From Eledone cirrhosa (taxonomy: Eukaryota): DNA of 64,000 nucleotides. Both the position numbers and the translations under genes were made by a program. This document shows, piece by piece, positions 15,864 to 29,161 of the stretch (positions within the stretch are counted from its first letter, which is position 1; the number at the start of each line of letters is the position of its first letter). The stretch lies in NCBI GenBank assembly GCA_964016885.1, contig OZ024760.1, positions 1,054,001 through 1,118,000 on the forward strand. The letters are read 5' to 3'. The notes under the pieces are model-generated. The model did not search any database and had not been told where the DNA came from. It was given only the letters and a program-made list of their open reading frames with translations.

Positions 15864-16030
15864 CATTCGATTGACTTTCATCAAATCGGACCGAGGAAAC
15901 AATGTTTCCTTTGGTCTTTCAATTTTTCAATTGCTAATACTATCTATTGGTCGCAACTCCAGGTAGAAGGAGCAATGTGAAACAAAGTGTCTTGCTCAAG
16001 GACATAACGCATTGCCCGGTTCGTGAATCC
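15860..16030 (-). mobile_element. SINE family 2 variant with a double-hairpin 3' tail; other copies at 47665-47860(-), 49400-49605(+), 61890-62105(-)
   Basis: CORE-like GTCCTTGAGCAAGACACTT plus shared tail GACCAACGGAAACATTGTTTCCTCGGTCCGATTTGA. Confidence 0.75.
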
Positions 16031-18153
16031 AACTATATATATATATATATATATATATATTTAAAAAAAGGAAAAGAATGACTTTACTTGTAGTTCTAAA
16101 CAACTTAATTTAATTTTATAATATTATAATTTTACAATTTGGTTTTGTACATCTAGTAAGTTCTTTGTTAACTTCACTTCGGTGGGGAGATTTTTAAAGA
16201 TTCCTGGTTAACTTTCTTGAAGAACTTTCTCACATTTGTCAGTGACGATTGTCAAACACTCACACATACTCTCACACACACGTATATATATATATTCTTA
16301 TATAGGTTGTGTAGGTGTCACGGCAAAAAAATACATAGTCCATGTTGTAATGTGGCCACGTAGGTAACATGGTAAAAAGCTCCCAGTCCACACTGTAAAT
16401 GTGGTTGGTGTTAGGAAGGGCATCCAGCCGTAGAAAACCTGCTAGATAGTCCTACTCGAGCGAGACACAGTCACTTGACCAATCTTGCCTCAAGTGAGAC
16501 AACTCCCATCTAACCCATGCTAGCGTGGAAGATAGATGTTTAAACAATGATGATGATATATATATATATATATATTTACACACATATACATACATACATA
16601 CGTACATATATATATTTACACACATATACATACGTACGTACGTACATATATATATTTACACACATATACATACATACGTACGTACGTACATATATATATT
16701 TACACACATATACATACATACGTACGTACATATATATATTTACACACATATACATCCATACATACGTACATATATATATTTACACACATATACATCCATA
16801 CGTACGTACATATATACACACAGAATGTTTGGTATTACCAGACAGGAAAAAAAGTTCTTGATGTCCCAATAGATTCTGATCTTTTACTAGGGCAGGTCCA
16901 GTTGAGTGTTGCTACTCTGGGTTTTCCCTGATGTCAATCCACTTTATCACTTAACAGAAGTTGATTGAATCCTATTTATTCTCTAGTGGTGGTAGTGGTA
17001 GTAGTATTACTAGTAGTGGTGGTGGTAGTGGTGGTAGTATTAGTATTACTAATGGTATTGGTGGTGGCGGTAGTATAAGTATTACTAGTAGTAGTAGTGG
17101 TGGTGGTGGTAGTGGTAGTAACTTAGCCCAAGGCCAGTTCTGATCTAACCAGTTTCTATGATTACAGTCATTCCACCCTTGCTTGGTGGTGGTAGTAGTA
17201 GTATTAGTATTACTATTGGTAGTGGTTGGGGTGGTGGTAGTAATTTAGCCCTAGGTTAGTTCTGACCTATCTGGCCTCTATGATTGGAGTTATTCCACCC
17301 CTGTCTGTCCTCTTTGTCATTCTGTTGGTCCTTACTCTCTCTCTCCTATACTCTAGGGTCCCAAATAATAGGGTGGGTGTTGGAATAAGCAAGGAGGGGG
17401 GGGGGGCATTTGCTTAAATTCTTACAAGTAGGGTTCGAATAAACAGAGGTGTTGGGAAATTGGTAATTGTATAGTGTATATATATATATGAATGTGTGTG
17501 TGTATTTATATGTATATATGTGGATATATGTATGTGTGTGTGTGTGTGTGTATTTATATGTATATATGTGTGTGGATATATGTGTGTATATGTATATATG
17601 TGTGTGTGGATATATATATAAATATAAACATGTATGTATACATATGTGTATATATATATATATATATATGATGACATATATATGATGATATACAGAAGAC
17701 CCGCCTTGCCTAAGTACAAAGCGAAACCTATAGTCAGACCCCCGTCCCACTAACCCTACCCACACCACCATCCACACCACCCCTTTCGATGTAAAGTTAT
17801 GTTGGTACCACAACATCCAGTCCTAAACAAATGAGGTCGTGTAGGTGTCACGACAAAAAACACACAGTCCACGCTGTAATGTGGACGTGTAGGTAACACG
17901 GTAAAAACCTCCCAGTCCACACTGTAAACGTGGCTGGTGTTAGGAAGGGCACCCAGCCGTAGAAAACCCACCAGACAGTCCTATATGAGCAGGACAACCA
18001 ATCTTGCCTCAAGTGGGACAATTCCCCGTCCAGACCCATGCTAGCGTGGAAAATGGACGTTAAACGGTGATGATGATGTGTGTGTGTATATATATATGTG
18101 TGTGTGTATATATATATGTGTGTATATATATATGTATGTATATATATATATAT

Positions 18154-18426
18154 ACAAGCAGATTATAAACGTAAACATGTAAGTATGTTTTTGAAACGGT
18201 GTGTGAGTTTGAAATTAGAAATTAGAAATTATAAGCTTTCACCGTATTTTAGACTAAAGAAATTTCTAGCCTGATAGTGGGGTTTATGACCCTCGGAGAA
18301 ATGGAAAAAGATGAGTGTTGCCGTACACGGGAGGCAACACTCATCTTTTTCCATTTCTCCGAGGGTTATAAACCCCACTATCAGGCTAGAAATTTCTTTA
18401 GTCTAAAATACGGTGAAAGCTTATAA

Positions 18427-18434
<8 letters not shown>
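18154..18434 (-). mobile_element. Fold-back insert, family D; related sequence at about 47890-48110
   Basis: ~102-bp near-perfect inverted arms (about 18221-18322 / 18333-18434), 10-nt spacer, ~65-bp unpaired tail, (TA)n flanks. Confidence 0.75.
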
Positions 18435-18479
<45 letters not shown>

Positions 18480-19785
18480 TATACATATATATTCTACATC
18501 ACCAAAACCTGACACTGACCTGTCTGAGAGACTTCAACCTACCAGACTATCCTCTCAAAGACTTTGCCAGAAACACACAAAAAAAATCAAAATAAAAATT
18601 CAAAAAACAAAACAAAAAGCAATATTAAGAAAAAAGAATTAAGAACTTCCTTGTCTTACCATTCACCACTAATGGTTCTACCAGAAACCCTGCTAATAAG
18701 CAGGAATGAGGGGAGGGGCCAGAAGGTAGGGTTTTCATAGTGGAAGGAGGGGAAAGTGTGAGAACAAGGGGGAGGGTTTAATCTTATTTTATTTTATTTT
18801 TTATTTTATTTTTTTATTATTTCCTATTTTTTTGTTTTTATTTTGTATATTTTTCTTCTATTTTTTAAAGTTTTTTTTTGTGTTTTGAGATTTATTCAAT
18901 TTTATTTTATATATATATATATATATGTATATACATATATATGTATTTGTATATATATGTATATACATATATATATATGTATATATATATATATACACCT
19001 CTATTCTTTTAAATATATATATACATATATATATATATATTTATATATACACATATATCTCCCTCTTTCTATATATATATATACATGTGTATATATATGT
19101 ATATATGTATATATATATATATATGTATATATATGTATATATATATATTTATATATATGTATATATACATGTGTGTGTATATACATTTATATATATGTAT
19201 ATATATATATACACACATATATATTATATACATATATATGTATATATATATTATATTTCTTGTTTAAAGATCTTTGGTTTCCTTCCTTGTGCTGCTATTT
19301 ATAAGAAAACCCTGTCTACCCCCTCCTTCTCTTCCTCCTCTTCTTCCTCCTCCTCCTCCCCTTCATCAAATTTCTGTCATAGTTGCATTTCACACTACTG
19401 CAGTAGTGTGCACTGTCTGTCTGTCTGTCTGTCCATACAGGCACACAGACAGACATGTGTGTATGTGTTTTTTCTTTCTGTGTGTGAGTGTGTGTATACA
19501 AACACATATTTAATTGTTTACATGTTCTGGCCAGTAGATTGCGGGCCATTCTGGAGCACTCTTTTGAAAATTGTGGTTGGTCATCACTTTGACTCTAGTA
19601 CATCTTCCATATATATACATGTGTGTGTGTATGTAAAACGTTAACAGAAATAACAAAGCAAACAACACAGTACAATGATGACCCTGTGAGAAGCAGGCTT
19701 AATAGTGTCTTGTTAATATAGAGATAACAAGATTCACTACTTTAGCTATTATAAAATGAATATATATATATATATATATATATAT

Positions 19786-20125
19786 GTCCAGCCAACCTCA
19801 GTCTCCTCTGTGTCACTTTTGAGCTGACTTTTGGGATGCTCCCATACAGCTCTGAGTTTTTCATCCTCAGTGTATACTGATTAATGTTCAGAGCCATCCT
19901 CAGCATTCTCGTGTAGCACCCAGAGTTGACATTGCACTCAGTGCTCCTTTGGGAGCCCCTACATGGACACACTAGAAGAGGAAGACCAAGGTTAACATAT
20001 GTTGATGCCCTAAGGACAGACACTGGTCTGTTGGAGATGCAGGATATGGCAGCGATAATGAGGGACAGAGACCGCTGGAGAGAACTCGTCCATGGATCTC
20101 GAGAATTTTACCCGCCTTAGATAGA
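19786..20125 (+). mobile_element. RTE-like LINE 3' end with inverted 5' segment
   Basis: Minus strand 19786-19928 encodes GCYTRMLR...RRLRLAGH; plus strand 19930-20120 encodes VLLWEP.HG..RRGRP...DRDRWR*. Confidence 0.8.
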
Positions 20126-20312
20126 TATATATATATATATATATATAGTAATAATAATAAATGTGAAGACTAAAATCCAAAGAGGGCTCGATAAGGATAA
20201 ATATATATCAAATATATAAGAACCGTAGAGCAAAAATTTATTAAAATAACAGATTAAAAACAGGATCTTCTGAAACTAAAAAAAAATCAATCTGTGAACG
20301 CAGAATTAAATA

Positions 20313-21395
20313 TTTTAAAATTATTGTGTACAGTGCTCAGGTGCACTACAAATCATCAAAGGTGCATGTATAGTACAGAGAATAATATACAAATGTCAGG
20401 GAAGTGAGTAGTGTATGAGTCATGATATACATGTGTGCGTGTATATGGAGGGGGAATTTTAGGTGTAGTGTTGCTGAATCTCAGGAAGCATGGAGGTTTT
20501 AAAGGATGCAGTGTCTCAACAGCTAATGACTGATGCAGGTAGTTTGTTCCATGGAGGTTTTAAAGGATGCAGTGTCTCGACAGCTAACAGCTGATGGAGG
20601 TAGTTTGTTCCATGGAGGTTTTAAAGGATGCAGTGTCTCGACAGCTATTAACTGATGCAGGTAGTTTGTTCCATGGAGGTTTTAAAGGATGCAGTGTCTC
20701 GACAGCTAATAACTGATGCAGGTAGTTTGTTCCATGGAGGTTTTAAAGGATGCAGTGTCTCGACAGCTATTAACTGATGCTGTTAGTTTGTTTCATGGAG
20801 GTTTTAAAGGATGCAGTGTCTCGACAGCTAATAACTGATGCAGGTAGTTTATTCCATGGAGGTTTTAAAGGATGCAGTGTCTCGACAGCTATTAACTGAT
20901 GCAGGTAGTTTGTTCCATGGAGGTTTTAAAGGATGCAGTGTCTCGACAGCTATTAACTAATGCAGGTAGTTTGTTCCATGGAGGTTTTAAAGGATGCAGT
21001 GTCTCGACAGCTATTAACTGATGCAGGTCGTTTGTTCCATGGAGGTTTTAAAGGATGCAGTGTCTCGACAGCTAATAACTGATGCAGGTAGTTTGTTCCA
21101 TGGAGGTTTTAAAGGATGCAGTGTCTCGACAGCTAATAACTGATGCAGGTAGTTTGTTCCATGGAGGTTTTAAAGGATGCAGTGTCTCAACAGCTAATAA
21201 CTGATACAGGTAGTTTGTTCCATGGAGGTTTTAAAGGATGTAGTGTCTCAACAGTTATTATGATGCAGGTAGTTTGTTCCATGCTTCAGCAACTCTGAGC
21301 ATGAAAAAAATGTTTCCGAAAGTCATCGGAGCTGTGCTGTTTTCTGACTTTGTTGGCGTGCCCACGTGTGTTAGACATATGGAAATTAAAAAGGT
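20313..21395 (-). mobile_element. CR1-group LINE 3' end with internal tandem amplification
   Basis: Minus strand encodes NTRGHANKVRKQ..FRKHFF/LRVAEAWNKLPAS...SFKTSM, a CR1-type ORF2 C-terminus. Confidence 0.8.
20489..21283. repeat. 61-bp minisatellite, 13 copies
   Basis: CATGGAGG recurs every 61 bp from 20489 to 21221. Confidence 0.97.
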
Positions 21396-21984
21396 ATATA
21401 TGTGGGATATATCAGTAATTTTGATATTTTTTTATTAATTGATTTGAAGGTTAAGTGGTTGTTAGTCTTATTTAATTAGTATATTGTTTTATCAAACACT
21501 TGGTATTGCTAGAAAGCATGGCGTCCAACCCTCTACCGATACTGCCAATTCACCGCCTTTTATTAATGTTAAATAATAAATAATATATATACATGTACAT
21601 CAACACTCATCCTTTTTCTATTCAGCGGGTTTTTTTAAAAATCCCCACTAACAGAGTAACTTTATTTAGTCAAATATGGCGTAAACACACGTTTCTACCC
21701 GATTTCAAACTTTGCTTGGTGTTTGATAAACAAAGCTTGCTTTGTCTCTATAAATATATGTCATTGGAGGTGAGGCTTTGCCATGTTTCTTGGGCTGAGA
21801 AAGTTACTTCAACCTTGGTAGGTTTTGAACCCTGAATGTCAGGGGTGGCAGGTGGATATATATCTGCAAGTCATTCAGTGCAGTGGTTGCCATCTGTCTC
21901 GGCTTCTTCACTATACTGTTCTGTTGAGAACCAAACATATGGTTTGTCTATGTCGGTCATACTTCTTTTTAAGCAGGTTTCTCT

Positions 21985-23300
21985 GGCGGTAATGTTGGTG
22001 GTGGTAGTGTTTGTTATTGTTGTGGTTGTTGTGGTGGTAGTGGTGGCGGTGGTAGTTTTTGTTATTGTTGTGGTTGTTGTGGTAGTGGTGGCGGTGGTAG
22101 TTTTTGTTATTGTTGTTGTGGTAGTGGTGGCGGTGGTAGTTTTTGTTATTGTTGTGGCTGTGGTGGTGGTGGTGGTGGTGGTGGTGGTGGTGGTGGTGGT
22201 GGTGGTGGTGGTAGCAGCAGCAGTAGTAGTTGTGGTAGCAGCAGTGGTGGTGGTGGTGGTGGTTGTAGCAGTAGCGGTTGTAGTAGTAGTAGTAGCAGTA
22301 GTAGTGGTAGTAGCAGCAGCAGTAGTGGTGGTGGTGGTGGTCATCCATGTGTAACTATTTCACTTCCTCCGTCTCCTCCCCTCCCTCCTCATTGCATCAA
22401 TATGTAATATTACCAGAGAGTGTGTGGAGAAATATGTATGTGTGTGTGTGTGTGTGGAGAAATATGTATGTGTGTGTGGAGAAATATGTATGTGTGTGTG
22501 TGTGGAGAAATATGTGTGTGTGTGTGGAGAAATATGTGTGTGTGTGTGTGGAGAAATATGTGTGTGTGTGTGTGGAGAAATATGTATGTGTGTGTGTGGA
22601 GAAATATGTGTGTGTGTGGAGAAATATTTGTGTGTGTGTGTGGAGAAATATGTGTGTGTGTGTGTGGAGAAATATGTATGTGTGTGTGGAGAAATATGTA
22701 TGTGTGTGTGTGTGGAGAAATATGTATGTGTGTGTGTGTAGAGAAATATGTATGCGTGTGTAGAGAAATATGTGTGTGTGTGTGTGGAGAAATATGTATG
22801 TGTGTGTGGAAAAATATGTATGTGTGTGGATAAATATGTATGCGTTTGTGGAGAAATAGGTATGTGTGTGTGGAGAAATATGTGTGTGTGTGTGGAGAAA
22901 TATGTATGTGGGTGTGTGTGGAGAAATATGTATGCGTGTGTGGAGAAATATGTATGTGTATGTGTGGAGAGAGAAAGAGTGAGAATATGTGTGTGTCTGT
23001 GTGTGGAGAAGGTGTGTAAGAAAAAGAGAGTGTGTGTTTGTGTGTGTGAAAGAGTGTTATGTGTGTGGAGAGAGAGAGTGAAAGAATGTGTCTGCATGTG
23101 AGTGGAAAGTGAGAATGTGTGTGTGTGTGTGTATGTGTGTAAGAGAAAGAGTATGTGTGTAAGAGAGAGACAGTGTGTGTGTTTGTGTGTGAGAGAGAGA
23201 GAAAGAGCAGTTGGTAGTAGTGGTAGTTTTAATAAAAAGAGAGTTAGAGTGAGAAGGAGTATGTGAGAGAGAGAGAGAGAGAGAGAAAGAACATGTGTGA
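21985..23300. repeat. (GTG/GTA)n tract followed by a GGAGAAATAT(GT)n variable-length minisatellite (about 22420-22970)
   Basis: Direct inspection. Confidence 0.92.
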
Positions 23301-23364
23301 GGTGTAGTGTGATGTGGTATGGTGTTTTGTAGTGGTGTGGTGGATAGCTATGAGGTGGTGGGCT

Positions 23365-24005
23365 GATATGTGTGCACATACAACACTTTGTTGGAAACGT
23401 GGTGGCCCCATCTCATGATTTTGATGGTCCTCAGGACTCTGCTATTGAAGCTGTGGATCCTCTTCGCCAGGATCTTTGGGCCCCTCCCAAAGACCCTGGC
23501 AAAGAGGAGAACAGAGAGGACTGTTGCGTTGTAAATACAGAACTTTGTCTTCTGGGAGTTTGAGCAGTGGCGCCCAATTCCTCTTTGCTAGAGTCTTTGG
23601 AAGGGGCCATGTTTCTGCTCAATAGAGGAGAAAGGGGCTTCCATGGGGAGCGTATAACTCCGGCAGCCAGGTCACATCTGTGCGGTTGATCTCCGGGTTT
23701 AGGTGACCACTGCTGGTGACAGTCGGGCCCAGGTAAATAAAGGAGCTGACAAACTATACAGTGTCAGAGCCAATATGAAGCTGAGGAGGATCCGGACCCT
23801 TGCCGACAAACATCAGCCTTGTCTCCCCCCCAGCTTACCTGAAGGACAAGCTTTGCTGATTGCTCCTCGTATATGGTCAGTGAGTCACTGAGCCGGTTGA
23901 TTGAGTTGCTGAATAGGATGGTGTCGTCTGCATACTCCAGGTTGGTTAGGTGGTAAATCCCAAAGGTAACACTAGAAACTCGGTCTCAAACCTTGATCAT
24001 CAGTA
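23365..24005 (-). pseudogene. Degenerate RTE-clade RT fragment
   Basis: Minus strand LTNLEYADDTILFS near 23935 and RIHSFNSRVLRTI..MRWGHHVSNKVL near 23380-23465; stops and frameshifts present. Confidence 0.75.
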
Positions 24006-24050
<45 letters not shown>

Positions 24051-24134
24051 GTATATATATGTATATGTATGTATATATATATGTATATATACAGTATATG
24101 TGTGTATATATATTATATATATATAAATATATAT

Positions 24135-24322
24135 ACTTGTCGTCACATGGTACCATGGGCCCAGCACTAGGTGTCAATAATTGTCACAAGTGTAGTGTTT
24201 GTACCAGAGTTTTCAAGTCGCTGGCTGGACTAAGAAGTCACACTCGTTCAGCGCATCGGTAAGGGTTCTCCTACATGGATATAAAGTAGTGGCCGTATTC
24301 GAAAACGAGTTGGCAGCCACCA
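24135..24322 (+). mobile_element. LINE (RTE-like) 3' end encoding a terminal C2H2 finger; second copy at 32790-32976
   Basis: [25 protein letters not shown] plus a short UTR ending GCAGCCACCA then (TA)n; two similar copies. Confidence 0.7.
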
Positions 24323-24399
<77 letters not shown>

Positions 24400-24460
24400 T
24401 CTTATGTAACTGTACTCCTGTGTTGTTGTTGTTATATATAAGTATATATATATATGTGTG

Positions 24461-24505
<45 letters not shown>

Positions 24506-24526
24506 GTATATATGTGTGTGTGTGTG

Positions 24527-24585
<59 letters not shown>

Positions 24586-24617
24586 GTATATATATATGTG
24601 TGTGTATTATATATATA

Positions 24618-24860
24618 CTAGCAAAAGAGCCTGTCTTTGCCGGGCACACATTTTGCCGCTGTAAATAAAGACACCCCTCTCTCCTCAACATGGTCATCTT
24701 TAAATAGCCCCAAAACTCCGCTATGTTAGGGGAGAGAAAGATTTACACTATATGTTGACATGCTCCGGGAGCTAAATAACCTACGTATAAAATTTGAACA
24801 AAATTGGATGGAAACTGTGGAAATGCATGGCCTGCATACAGACAGACGTTCGTTTATATA
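24618..24860 (-). mobile_element. Non-autonomous Helitron-like element
   Basis: Minus-strand 3' end is an imperfect GC hairpin (GCCCGGC-AAA-GACAGGC) followed by CTAG|T; ACAGACAGAC microrepeat near the other end. Confidence 0.55.
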
Positions 24861-24866
24861 TACATG

Positions 24867-24913
<47 letters not shown>

Positions 24914-24919
<6 letters not shown>

Positions 24920-25330
24920 TAAAAAAATAATGAATAGACAAAGAAACAGTTCCTTATATTAAAAAAATTCATCATTTTACGATCGTTTCTAGGATATATA
25001 TGTGTTAGAGTTGGTATGCATATCCTATAGATCTATGTACAATATTTATACAAACTATCAGAGGGAATATACATGCCTACACATATATATGCTGTCTTCA
25101 GAAATAATTTAATAATTTAATAATTTAATAATTTAATAATTTTTTTAATATAAGGAACTGTTTCTTTGTTTATTCATTATTTTTTTAATAATTTATCTTG
25201 ACTCTGTTTTCCGTTTATTTTTCACCGAAAGTAGTTTTTGAATGCATCTTCTCTTTTCATGATATCCGGATTACATTGAGTTCTTCATACGGATTGGACA
25301 CTACCGTAAACTTTTGGTAGATTTATCTAC
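24914..25330. mobile_element. Fold-back insert, family E, with an extended-stem hammerhead
   Basis: Inverted arms about 24918-24969 / 25139-25190, long unpaired tail to 25330, (TA)n flanks. Confidence 0.7.
24974..25105 (-). ncRNA. Type I hammerhead with ~105-nt stem II insertion
   Basis: Minus strand reads AUUU CUGAAGA [..AUAUAUAUGUGU...ACACAUAUAUAU..] GAA ACGAUCGU A AAAU. Confidence 0.65.
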
Positions 25331-25345
25331 ATATATATATATATA

Positions 25346-25703
25346 TGTAGAAGTTCTATTTAAATTGTTGGGATACAACAAGCAAATGTTTTTTATAACT
25401 GATATAAAGCACTCAACAAATTATTGGAGTAAAAATACGATATATTAACAAATGGAAACTATATTTATAAAAGCATATTTATTTCATTATACATATTTCA
25501 AGGACACCAAGTTAAATTATGGTGTGCTTTCATCAGATAAAATATAATATAGATCAGTTTTATAAATAAATATTGAGATACCCTTAAAAAATGCGACCAT
25601 TACTGTTGGAAGCTCCCAGATAGACTATCCGGGAGCTTGAAATATGTATAATGAAATAAATATGGTTTTATAAATATAGTTGCCATTTGTTAATATATCG
25701 TAT
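25346..25703 (-). mobile_element. Fold-back insert, family F; tail-only copy at about 60955-61045
   Basis: Inverted arms about 25436-25503 / 25636-25703, ~90-bp unpaired tail. Confidence 0.75.
25484..25540 (-). ncRNA. Type I hammerhead ribozyme motif
   Basis: Minus strand reads UUAU CUGAUGA AAGCACACCA..UGGUGUCCUU GAA AUAUGUAU A AUGA, then AAUAAA. Confidence 0.8.
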
Positions 25704-25787
25704 ATATATATATATATATATCGTATATATAAATGAGAGGTATAGAGATTGTTTTATATAAATGAGAGGTATAGAGATTGTTTTATC

Positions 25788-25885
<98 letters not shown>

Positions 25886-26074
25886 GGAGAGAGAGAGAGA
25901 GAGAGAGAGAGATTGGTTATTAGAAAAACAAGGCACATTTGTTGATGTACAATGATACATTTATTACTACTTGAAATTTTCTTACACTTTTTTCAATACA
26001 TTACGTAACTGAAGTTGCCTACGAAAAGCAGAAACCTGTATTTTATCGTATGTGTGTGTGTAAAAACACATTCT

Positions 26075-29161
<3,087 letters not shown>

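Noticed and set aside
20489-21283. CRISPR-like regular array (also 22420-22970, 58098-58842, 5350-5955)
   Set aside because: Head-to-tail tandem units with no unique spacers, no cas genes, and a eukaryotic context
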